From Candidatus Omnitrophota bacterium (GTDB lineage Bacteria; Omnitrophota; Gorgyraeia; Zapsychrales; JANLHA01), in NCBI GenBank assembly GCA_040753435.1, contig JBFMEN010000058.1, forward strand, positions 18,817 to 82,816: 64,000 nt of DNA, given 5' to 3'. Below are positions 9,779 to 17,846 of this stretch, piece after piece; positions within the stretch are counted from its first letter, which is position 1, and each line of letters starts with the position of its first letter. A model generated the notes under the pieces. That model was not told the DNA's origin. It did no database searches and worked only from the letters and a program-made list of their open reading frames with translations. Position numbers and translations under genes: made by a program.

Positions 9779-10765
9779 ATGGATTTGACTACAGTGTATA
9801 TGGGGCTTAATTTAAAGAACCCTTTAGTAGTTTCATCGTCCCCACTGACAAAAGAGTTCGATAACTTCAAAAAATTGGAAGATGCCGGTGTTTCAGCCAT
9901 TGTCTGTCATTCCATTTTTGAAGAGCAGATCTCCGAGGAAATCCGGGAACTTAACCGCAATCTTATTAATGGTACGGAGAGTTTTGCGGAAGCGTTAAGT
10001 TATTTTCCAGAGCCCCAGGAATTCAAGCTGGGACCGGATGATTATCTTGAAATGATACGAAAGGCAAAAGCGCAATTAAGCATTCCTGTGATTGGAAGCC
10101 TGAACGGACATACTGCCGGAGGATGGGTAGATTATGCCAGAAAGATTGAAGAGGCCGGGGCTGACGCAATTGAACTGAATGTTTTCTTTCTGCCGACGAG
10201 GGTTGAGACAACTCCGGATGATGTTGAGCGCAATTATGAAAAGATCGTTCATGATGTCAAGGCCAATGTAAAGATCCCGGTTGCCGTCAAAATGTCCCCT
10301 TACTTCAGCGCGCTGGCGAACATGGCGAAATCTCTTGTGGACGAGGGGGCCGATGCCCTGGTCCTTTTTAACCGGTTTTATCAACCGGATATCGATATTG
10401 AGACGCTGGAAGTTGATCCCAAAGTTATGTTAAGCACGCCATATGATTTGCTCCAGCCGCTTCGCTGGATCGGCATTCTTTATGGCCAGGTGAACGCCAG
10501 TTTCGCCGCAACCGGGGGAATTCATACCGCCCGGGATCTCATTAAAGTGATTATGGCAGGCGCCGATGCAGGAATGATGTGCTCGGCATTATTGGAGAAT
10601 GGAATCCGGCATGCCGCAACAGTGTTGAAGGAATTGAGCGAGTGGATGACCCGCCACGATTATGATTCCGTAAGGGGTATGAAAGGTGTTATGAGCCAGC
10701 AGAAATGCGCCCATCCGGAAGCCTTTGAACGCGCAAATTATATGAAGGTGCTTCAGAGTTATTAA
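9779..10765 (+). CDS. Dihydroorotate dehydrogenase-like (PyrD-family) protein
   Basis: DHOD/DHPD TIM-barrel signatures are present (…NPLVVSSSPLT…, KIPVAVKMSPY, FNRF…P, ATGGIHTARD). It lies directly downstream of PFOR. Confidence 0.6.
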   Translation: MDLTTVYMGLNLKNPLVVSSSPLTKEFDNFKKLEDAGVSAIVCHSIFEEQISEEIRELNRNLINGTESFAEALSYFPEPQEFKLGPDDYLEMIRKAKAQLSIPVIGSLNGHTAGGWVDYARKIEEAGADAIELNVFFLPTRVETTPDDVERNYEKIVHDVKANVKIPVAVKMSPYFSALANMAKSLVDEGADALVLFNRFYQPDIDIETLEVDPKVMLSTPYDLLQPLRWIGILYGQVNASFAATGGIHTARDLIKVIMAGADAGMMCSALLENGIRHAATVLKELSEWMTRHDYDSVRGMKGVMSQQKCAHPEAFERANYMKVLQSY

Positions 10766-10909
10766 GTTACATCTTTTTACACGCGTTACACCAGCGGCAA
10801 AGATCCAATAATTAAAGAAGAAGATGCTGAATCGTATCTGGAATTTGCTTCCTTGAATTATTTCAAGGAGTGGGGCAGGTACGGTCGCAGTAATTTAAAC
10901 GTTATGACA

Positions 10910-10940
10910 GGCGGGTTCCCAAGACCCGCCCTTCTTGTTG
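10910..10940 (+). terminator. Putative rho-independent terminator downstream of the por/DHOD-like unit
   Basis: GGCGGGT-tcccaag-ACCCGCC forms a 7-bp GC-rich stem, followed by a CTTCTTGTTG U-rich tract. Confidence 0.4.
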
Positions 10941-11047
10941 TGGGAAAAAACCTGATTTGAAAATGATCTTGAAAATTTTGCCTGATGCTTAAGAAGATAA
11001 AGAGTTTGTGTTAAAATGAACGCATACTTACAGAGAAAGAAGGGCCC

Positions 11048-13297
11048 ATGTCTCAGCGTTTTCGGCGGGAGATGCTTTCATTTCTGTTAGGTTTTTCCGC
11101 GATCATCATACAGACAATATTATTGCGCGTTTTCCAGACGGTATTTTATGGAAATGAGCTTTCCTATGCTGTTCTTTTGGGGTTCTGGCTTTTATGGGTC
11201 TCTTTTGGGAGTTTTCTTGCGACCCTTGTTTTTTCCAGCAATAAAGCGCCCGGCTCTCTTTGCATTTTATCATTCCTTGCCCTGGCCATGTCCGCGCCGG
11301 CTGTTATTTTCGGCGTCCGTTTTATTCATCCCGTCCTGAATATTTCTCAAGGAGAAATGATCGGCGTTCTGCCCATGGTTATTTCCGCGTTACTGGTAAC
11401 GGCGCCGGTGGGTTTTATTGTCGGCGCTATTTTTGTTTTGTTATGCCTGCAAAGTGGGCGATCTGAAGATTCAAAAGGGCTGGATCCTTCTTTCGTTTAC
11501 TTTCATGAATCTTGCGGCAGCGCGATAGGCGGCGCATTGGTGTCATTGATCTTGTTGCGTCTTTTGACCCCTGTCAGGAGCATGTTATTGTTATCGACCT
11601 TGATGGTTGCCGTCATTTTTGTATCATTGAAAAAAATGGAGGGCATCAAATGGGTAATGATCGCCGTTATATTTTTTCTGGCAAGTTTTCTGATATTGGA
11701 CTTTACTGTTGATCTCGATTTTCTTTCACAAGAGAAGCAATGGCCTTATGGTAAACTTGTGGCCGCTGAAGATTCTCCTTATGCCGGCATTGCCGTTGTC
11801 GAACTGGAAGGAGCGATGAGCGTTTTTCAGAATGGCGTGTTAAGCTTCACGACGAATGATTTTCTTTCCGCGGAAGAAAATGTCCACTTTCCATTGCTTG
11901 TGTATCCGGATCCGCAACGTGTCCTGTTAATAGGAGGCGGGCTTGGAGGTGAAATAGAAGAAATCCTCAAGCATCCGGACGTTTTGCTGGATTATGTGGA
12001 AATTGACCGGGAGATGGTCGATGTGGTGAAACTTTATTTGCCGAGGCCGGAATTTCTTAAGAATCCAAGGGTTCGGATTTATTATCAGGATCCAAGAAAT
12101 TTTATCAGAACAACATCGTCGATATATGATGTGGTGATCGTGAACGCCGGGGATCCTTTGACGGCGGGAACGAACAGGTTTTACACTCTTGAATTTTTGA
12201 CGGAACTGGATCGGGTTCTTGCGGTCGGCGGAATCGCCGGCTTTCGTGTTTCTTCTTCCGAGAATTATTTAAGCGACGAAAATTTATTATTTCTCCGGAC
12301 ATTATTTTCCACCTTTAAAAAAGTTTTCCCCGAAGTCCGTTCCATTCCCGGAGCAACCCATACTTTTCTGGTTTCGAATCTTGAAGATCGTATCGTTTTG
12401 GATGAAGACCAGCTTTCAAGTCAGCTCGCTATTCGCCAAATCAACAATCGATATGTTAATGAAAATACGCTTCCGTTTATTTTAGATGAGCGGCGGATTC
12501 AACAGATGGAAAAACTGTTGAAGTCAGAAGAAGGCCTGATCAACCGCGACCTTTTTCCCCGCGGCTATTTGTTTAATATTCTTTTGTGGTCGACTCATTT
12601 TAACGATGGTCTCAAGAAATTAGTCGTTTCTGTCCAGGCAACGCCCTCCTGGGCGTTAATTGCAATTGTTTCCATGATCTTGCTATCCGCCGGTTTTTTC
12701 TCGGCGAAAAAAAACCGTACCGGTGGAATAGATCTCGCTGTTACTGTTACAGGTTTTTCTGAAATTGTTTTTGAAATTGTTGTGATCCTGTCATTTCAAT
12801 CGCTTTACGGAATTGCTTACGAAAAGATCGGTCTGATTCTGGCGTCTTTTATGCTCGGACTGGTCGCCGGGGCGAGAAAATCCGCTTTTATGAATGCGGG
12901 CGACAAAGAGGAACTCATTGCCGTGTTCAGAAAACTTCAATTTGGAATTATAATTTATCCGCTTCTGTTGCCTGTCATTTTTGTCATATTCAGGGATATG
13001 AGGACAGCGCAAATGTTACCGTCGGTATTCATGTTTCTTTTCACGCTGATTCCGTTTATTGCCGGATTTTTAGGAGGAGCTCAGTATCCCGTAGCCATCG
13101 CCTTGAAGAAAAAAATAGCCGGTGAAACCGAAATGAAGAGCGCCGGATTTCTTTACGCGCTTGATGTTTTGGGAGCGGCCCTGGGCGCACTTCTAACCGG
13201 TGTTTTCTTGATTCCTCTCTTTGGAATTACCGCTGTTTGTGTTCTCTGCTCTTTCATGAGCGCCATCGTTTATTTATTTATCCCTGGAAAAAAGTAG
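11048..13297 (+). CDS. Polytopic membrane protein with an internal spermidine-synthase-like (SAM aminopropyl/methyltransferase fold) domain
   Basis: About 6 TM helices at the N-terminus. A central region carries the SpeE-like GGGLGGE…DYVEID…DVVIVNAGDP signature. Further TM helices follow at the C-terminus. Confidence 0.55.
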   Translation: MSQRFRREMLSFLLGFSAIIIQTILLRVFQTVFYGNELSYAVLLGFWLLWVSFGSFLATLVFSSNKAPGSLCILSFLALAMSAPAVIFGVRFIHPVLNISQGEMIGVLPMVISALLVTAPVGFIVGAIFVLLCLQSGRSEDSKGLDPSFVYFHESCGSAIGGALVSLILLRLLTPVRSMLLLSTLMVAVIFVSLKKMEGIKWVMIAVIFFLASFLILDFTVDLDFLSQEKQWPYGKLVAAEDSPYAGIAVVELEGAMSVFQNGVLSFTTNDFLSAEENVHFPLLVYPDPQRVLLIGGGLGGEIEEILKHPDVLLDYVEIDREMVDVVKLYLPRPEFLKNPRVRIYYQDPRNFIRTTSSIYDVVIVNAGDPLTAGTNRFYTLEFLTELDRVLAVGGIAGFRVSSSENYLSDENLLFLRTLFSTFKKVFPEVRSIPGATHTFLVSNLEDRIVLDEDQLSSQLAIRQINNRYVNENTLPFILDERRIQQMEKLLKSEEGLINRDLFPRGYLFNILLWSTHFNDGLKKLVVSVQATPSWALIAIVSMILLSAGFFSAKKNRTGGIDLAVTVTGFSEIVFEIVVILSFQSLYGIAYEKIGLILASFMLGLVAGARKSAFMNAGDKEELIAVFRKLQFGIIIYPLLLPVIFVIFRDMRTAQMLPSVFMFLFTLIPFIAGFLGGAQYPVAIALKKKIAGETEMKSAGFLYALDVLGAALGALLTGVFLIPLFGITAVCVLCSFMSAIVYLFIPGKK

Positions 13298-13390
13298 AAA
13301 TCCGTCTATAAATCAATACCTTCCGATAATATTGTTTCATGAAGGATGCCGTATAATTATTTTGAATAAAAATAAGAAGGAGCAGGCCGA

Positions 13391-14965
13391 ATGAAAGCGA
13401 GAAGGATCCTTGCAATTGGAATTGTGGCGTCTATTTTGTTAAGCCTTCCGCTGTTAGCGGCGCTTTTTATCGGCGAGCATTGGCGCCTTTTTTCATTTGT
13501 TCCTTTTGATATTTTTGATTGGTTGAGCAGGGTTATTCCCGGATACGTCATTACCGTTGTCATTGATGCGATGGTGCGTTTTATCGCGTTTTTTAATGTC
13601 GGACCTACGGATATAGCGGCGAAGATTATTGAACAATTGATGGGTATCGGTATTTTTATTTTTTTATTGGCCATCATCGGGTTTTTAAATACATGGGGAG
13701 TCATTCGTTTTTCGAAAAAAACCTTCTGGATTGGATTATGCTCAGGTCTTTTTTTATCATTTGCCTTGATTCCAATTCAATTGTTTCTGCGGTCTCCGAT
13801 GAGTGAAAATTTCTCGACCGCGTTTGCCCTGGTGATATGGGCCATCGTGCATGCTTTCTTTGTCCGACAAATCATTTCAGTCCAGAAACCGTTAACATGG
13901 TTGGCAGGATTGACGGGCTTTTCTGTATTGCTGGCGGGTACACTGATGATCGCGGGAAGGGCAATTCCGGCGGGTCCCGAAGGTTTAGCAATGGCAGACA
14001 GGCCTTTGAATGAGGTGCGCCCTTCAACAGAGGCTTTTGGAGTCATGAAAGCGGCCGCCTCGGCAGCGCAACGTTCCGGGATTTTCCCCGTTCCCGGAAC
14101 CAGAGAGGAAATCACGCCCAATGAAAAATTTTTCCGCATTGATATCAACACCCTGCCTCCCAGAATTAATCTTGGCAAATGGAAGGTTCGCGTTGAAGGC
14201 CTTTTTACCCGTGCCCGCGACCTTGCATTTGAGGACCTGATGAAGTATCCGGAAGTGACAGTAGCGGCGACTCTTTCCTGTATTTCCAATCCTGTTGGAG
14301 GGGACTTGATCAGCACCGGATTCTTTACCGGGGTCCGTTTGATTGATGTGCTTAAAGACCTTGGAATTCGAAAGGAAGCGAAGGCATTGGAGATCAGGGC
14401 CGAGGACGGTTATTATGAAACGGTAGTGTACGAGGACATGATCGATCCGCGTACACTCTTGGTTTACGGACTCAACGGAAAAACATTGTCGGTTGAACAA
14501 GGGTTTCCTCTCCGTATTTTTATTGCCAATCGTTATGGGATGAAGCAGCCGAAATGGATCACGCAGATTAAGGCCGTTGAAACTATTGATGAGGGATATT
14601 GGGTGGAAAGAGGATGGAGCTTTGAAGCGCATCCTCAAACAGTATCCGTTATTGATATTATCGTAAAAACCGCTCAATCTGACGGCACAATTCCGATCGG
14701 AGGGATAGCGTGGGCCGGTGACAGAGGGATCCAGAAGGTCGAAATTCAGATTGACGGGGGGGAGTGGACTGAGGTTAAACTCCTGAATCCGCCGCTGAGT
14801 CCGCTTGCATGGGTTTTATGGCGATATGACTGGCCATTTCAGCCAGGAAGACATACCTTTCGCGTCAGAGCTGTAGATGGAACCGGCAAAATACAGGCTG
14901 AAAATCGAAGCGATCCTCATCCCGCCGGTGCTACCGGATATCATCAAATCGAAATGACGTTTTAA
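13391..14965 (+). CDS. Membrane-anchored molybdopterin-dependent oxidoreductase (sulfite-oxidase / MsrP-YedY family catalytic domain)
   Basis: The N-terminal ~200 aa are hydrophobic TM helices. The C-terminal domain carries Moco-oxidoreductase signatures (GLNGKTLSVEQGFPLRIFIANRYGMKQPKWITQIKAV… and a following Ig-like dimerisation-type segment). Confidence 0.55.
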   Translation: MKARRILAIGIVASILLSLPLLAALFIGEHWRLFSFVPFDIFDWLSRVIPGYVITVVIDAMVRFIAFFNVGPTDIAAKIIEQLMGIGIFIFLLAIIGFLNTWGVIRFSKKTFWIGLCSGLFLSFALIPIQLFLRSPMSENFSTAFALVIWAIVHAFFVRQIISVQKPLTWLAGLTGFSVLLAGTLMIAGRAIPAGPEGLAMADRPLNEVRPSTEAFGVMKAAASAAQRSGIFPVPGTREEITPNEKFFRIDINTLPPRINLGKWKVRVEGLFTRARDLAFEDLMKYPEVTVAATLSCISNPVGGDLISTGFFTGVRLIDVLKDLGIRKEAKALEIRAEDGYYETVVYEDMIDPRTLLVYGLNGKTLSVEQGFPLRIFIANRYGMKQPKWITQIKAVETIDEGYWVERGWSFEAHPQTVSVIDIIVKTAQSDGTIPIGGIAWAGDRGIQKVEIQIDGGEWTEVKLLNPPLSPLAWVLWRYDWPFQPGRHTFRVRAVDGTGKIQAENRSDPHPAGATGYHQIEMTF

Positions 14966-15014
14966 TTTGGAAGTCTTTTCCGAATTCCCCCCGGGTTTTT
15001 TATGGATTTGCCCC

Positions 15015-15088
15015 AGAAAATAGCGGAACTCCAATCATCAAAAAATGAATAATGTGTCTATGATATCTCACGAAAGGAGGTGGTGTTT
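15015..15088 (+). repeat. Conserved ~75-nt leader/promoter element, copy A, upstream of small acidic protein A
   Basis: Shares exact blocks AGAAAATAGCGG, TATGATATCT and CGAAAGG(A/G)GGTGGT with copy B at 16356-16430, in the same order and with the same spacing to the start codon. Confidence 0.6.
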
Positions 15089-15268
15089 ATGGATAAGAGA
15101 AAAGATCCCAAGGCAAAACCTGTCAAAGAAATTAAACAGAAATCGCTGGAATGCGAGCCGGATGATGATGATTGCGAACCTTTTTTTGATACCGAAATTA
15201 CGGAAGTTAAAGAGGAATATCATAAAGAATACCACGAGCATGATGATTATGAGGATTTGGAAGAATAA
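15089..15268 (+). CDS. Small (59 aa) basic-N / acidic, Tyr-rich-C protein, paralog A
   Basis: AAAGGAGG RBS sits 8 nt upstream of the ATG. Translation is MDKRKDPKAKPVKEIKQKSLECEPDDDDCEPFFDTEITEVKEEYHKEYHEHDDYEDLEE, whose composition and layout mirror paralog B. Confidence 0.5.
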   Translation: MDKRKDPKAKPVKEIKQKSLECEPDDDDCEPFFDTEITEVKEEYHKEYHEHDDYEDLEE

Positions 15269-15305
15269 ATAAAAATTATTATTTTAACAACAAAGGAGGT
15301 TAACC

Positions 15306-16253
15306 GTGCCAGATGTAGTGAGTCTTATTTCATGGGGAGCGATTTTTGCTGGTGTTGTTTTGATCCTGGCGTTTCAATTTATGTTTTCAGTGCTTGATTT
15401 GGCCCTGGGACTTTCCAGGATTAAACCGGCGGAAAACGGAAAAGAGGCGGGAAAAGTTTTAAAAGGAACGGCCATCGGCTGGATTATCGGGAGTTTGGTT
15501 GCCGTTTTTCTGGGAACATGGGTCACTGGAAGTTTAACGGGAGATATTTCTCCGTTTGATGCCATGCTTCATGGTGTTGTGGTATGGGGATTGACGGTGG
15601 TGATTGGAGCCTTTATTATTTCAAGCGCCGCCGGGACAATGCTTGGGGGAGCCATGGGCCTGTTGATGAGCAGCATTACTTCTGCCGCGCGTGCCGCACG
15701 CAAAGCGATTCACGGGGCGGTACCGCAAATTCAGGAATCGGTTCAGGAGAGAGGCGGGATTGAACAGCAATGGGCTAAGATGCGCTCTCAAATTGAAGAA
15801 ATTCTGAGAGAAACTGGAAAACCGGAACTTCAACCGGAGCACATGAAAGCCCAGGTTCAGGCGGAAGCGCAACGGACAAAGGCTCAGGGACAACAAGCAT
15901 CCCAGGACCCCCAGCAAATTCGTCAGGAATTGGAATCGGCTTTAAAAAGGATTCTGGAAGAAGGAGTTAAAACCACCCGTGGAGTTGACAAAGAAGCAAT
16001 AGCCAATGTCATCGAAAAACAAACGCATATGAGCCATGAGAAGGCTCAATCCACGGCTGATCGATGGGTATCGACTTACGAGCAGACAATTCCCAAGGTC
16101 CAGGAAAAGGTTGAGATGGCCAAGGAAAAAGCGGAAGAGGCTGCACAAAAGACTTCTGAAGTGGTCAGCAGTGCAGCGAAATGGTCCTTTGTGATGCTTT
16201 TTTTAACATTAATTATTGCCGCTTTAGGCAGTTGGGTCGGAACTTTAACCTGA
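15306..16253 (+). CDS. Membrane protein: 4 N-terminal TM helices, long charged Q/E/K-rich coiled-coil-like segment, C-terminal TM helix
   Basis: AGGAGG RBS precedes a GTG start. The hydrophobic N-terminus (…AIFAGVVLILAFQFMF…GWIIGSLVAVFLGTWV…VVVWGLTVVIGAFII…) is followed by a ~170-aa hydrophilic helical region and a terminal WSFVMLFLTLIIAALGSWVG helix. No family was recognised. Confidence 0.5.
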   Translation: MPDVVSLISWGAIFAGVVLILAFQFMFSVLDLALGLSRIKPAENGKEAGKVLKGTAIGWIIGSLVAVFLGTWVTGSLTGDISPFDAMLHGVVVWGLTVVIGAFIISSAAGTMLGGAMGLLMSSITSAARAARKAIHGAVPQIQESVQERGGIEQQWAKMRSQIEEILRETGKPELQPEHMKAQVQAEAQRTKAQGQQASQDPQQIRQELESALKRILEEGVKTTRGVDKEAIANVIEKQTHMSHEKAQSTADRWVSTYEQTIPKVQEKVEMAKEKAEEAAQKTSEVVSSAAKWSFVMLFLTLIIAALGSWVGTLT

Positions 16254-16355
16254 GACTGATATATAGCGGACAATTTCAGTTTAAGAAATCATGAATTGTC
16301 CGCTTTTTTATAATTTGTCAATGCCTCTTTGAAATTCGTTTTGGGGACTTTTAAT

Positions 16356-16430
16356 AGAAAATAGCGGCATGAGGAACATCACAAAATAATGTTTCGTGAA
16401 TATGATATCTGGCGAAAGGGGGTGGTCATA
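16356..16430 (+). repeat. Conserved ~75-nt leader/promoter element, copy B
   Basis: See copy A; the same three conserved blocks occur in the same order. Confidence 0.6.
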
Positions 16431-16574
16431 GTGGATAGAAAAAATGAAAGGCAGAAGGAAAATAAGAAGAAAAAGAAAGAGGTTTCCGATGACTATGAGG
16501 ATTGGAAAGCTGTTTATGGGAATGAAAGCTATGCTAATCCCGATGATTTTGCTGAATATGAAGAGGAAGAGTAG
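16431..16574 (+). CDS. Small basic-N / acidic, Tyr-rich-C protein, paralog B
   Basis: GTG at 16431 is preceded by a GGGGGTGG RBS-like block. Translation is (M)DRKNERQKENKKKKKEVSDDYEDWKAVYGNESYANPDDFAEYEEEE. The track's upstream ATG at 16389 lies inside the conserved leader and lacks an RBS. Confidence 0.45.
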   Translation: MDRKNERQKENKKKKKEVSDDYEDWKAVYGNESYANPDDFAEYEEEE

Positions 16575-16675
16575 GAACTTAAGAATTTAAACGATCCGTT
16601 TTCCGTATCAACCTGCTAAATCGTCAGCTTGGCGATAAAATTTTGCGTGATGAAATTTGCTTTTCGCTGGCAGCC

Positions 16676-16705
16676 GGTCATTTAAAAAATGACCAAAGAT
16701 TTTTT
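16676..16705 (+). terminator. Putative terminator after paralog B
   Basis: GGTCATTT-aaa-AAATGACC forms an 8-bp stem followed by AAGATTTTTT. Confidence 0.35.
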
Positions 16706-16868
16706 CCACGTAAAGCGCTGCGGCACAAGCCGTAAATTTCAAAAGAGTTTTTAAGAATTCTCGACGTGTCATAATATGATTTTTATTAGATTAGATTGCA
16801 GGACGCATGACACAAGACACATGAAAAAATTGGGTTTTGTGTCCTGTGTCGTGAGTCCTGTCGCTTGT

Positions 16869-17846
16869 TCACTTCCATATCCCCGGAATTTTTTCACCGC
16901 AGTTTCCGCAACGGCCTTCAACGATATTATTTTGTAAAATCCTGAATCCCGCCCGCTCAATTAATATTTTTTTGCAAGAAGGACAATACGTGCTGTTGCC
17001 CGCATGGCCCGGAATGTTTCCGACATAAACGTATTTAAGACCGGTTTCTCTGCCGATCTCCCATGCCCTGTCGAGAATTGAGGTCGGCGTGGGCGGGAGA
17101 TTTTTGAGCTGATGCATCGGCCAGAATTTAGAAAAGTGAAGAGGGGTATCTTCACCGCAGTAATCCTTTACCCATTTGCACAGGTCTCTGATATCGGTTT
17201 CACGGTCGTTCCATGTCGGGACAACCAAATTAGTGATTTCGACCCAAACATGATTTTTTTTCATAGTGATGATGGCATCTTGCACTGGTTTGAGACTGGC
17301 CTGACTCATTCGTTGATAGAATTGGTCAGTGATGCCTTTCAAGTCAACATTGGCTGCATGAACATGAGGGCATAAATCAATCAGCGGTTGTTGATTAATA
17401 TAACCGGCAGTGACAAGGACGTTCAGTATTCCTGAGATATTTGCTAGTTTGCTTGTATCGTAGGTGTATTCATAAAAAACCACAGGATCCGAATAGGTGT
17501 AGGCGATGGAGCGACAGCGTTCGGATAAGGCGGCCTGGACAGTTTGTTCCGGAGATAAATTATAATTGGTGAGCGCTTCAGGGGGTTGCTGGGAAATCTG
17601 CCAGTTTTGACAGTACTTGCAATGCAAGTTACATCCGGCTGTAGCAATTGAAAACGAAGAAGAGCCGGGCAGGACATGAAAAAGAGGCTTTTTTTCAATA
17701 GGGTCCACATGAATGGAGCAAGGGCTTCCGTATACGAGGGTTTGCAGTTTTCCGTCAAGGTTCAGCCGTACTCTGCAATCCCCACGCTGTCCGGGTTTTA
17801 ACCGGCAAGCCCTTGGACAAAGGAGACATTCAATCGTTTTCTTCAT
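16869..17846 (-). CDS. AmmeMemoRadiSam-system-type radical SAM enzyme (AmrS / PFL-activase-like)
   Basis: The N-terminus CLLCPRACRLKPGQRGDCRVRLNLDGKLQTLVYG…HVDPIEKKPLFHVLPGSSSFSIATAGCNLHCKYCQNWQIS follows the AmrS family pattern. It has a radical SAM CxxxCxxC cluster plus an extra N-terminal Cys cluster and a C-terminal Zn-ribbon-like CPSC…CGNC. Confidence 0.7.
   Translation of the reverse strand: MKKTIECLLCPRACRLKPGQRGDCRVRLNLDGKLQTLVYGSPCSIHVDPIEKKPLFHVLPGSSSFSIATAGCNLHCKYCQNWQISQQPPEALTNYNLSPEQTVQAALSERCRSIAYTYSDPVVFYEYTYDTSKLANISGILNVLVTAGYINQQPLIDLCPHVHAANVDLKGITDQFYQRMSQASLKPVQDAIITMKKNHVWVEITNLVVPTWNDRETDIRDLCKWVKDYCGEDTPLHFSKFWPMHQLKNLPPTPTSILDRAWEIGRETGLKYVYVGNIPGHAGNSTYCPSCKKILIERAGFRILQNNIVEGRCGNCGEKIPGIWK

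Noticed and set aside
14024-14677. 217-aa antisense ORF (and 13777..14316, 179 aa) inside the Moco oxidoreductase gene
   Set aside because: It lies entirely within a well-supported plus-strand CDS with recognisable domain motifs. The antisense translations are low-complexity, Arg/Ser/Gly-rich, with no motifs, typical of spurious ORFs opposite real genes.
15045-15272. 75-aa ORF in an alternative frame spanning leader A and small protein A
   Set aside because: It starts inside the conserved non-coding leader without an RBS. The paralogy with copy B is only consistent with the acidic-protein frame, whose ATG sits at the canonical distance from AAAGGAGG.
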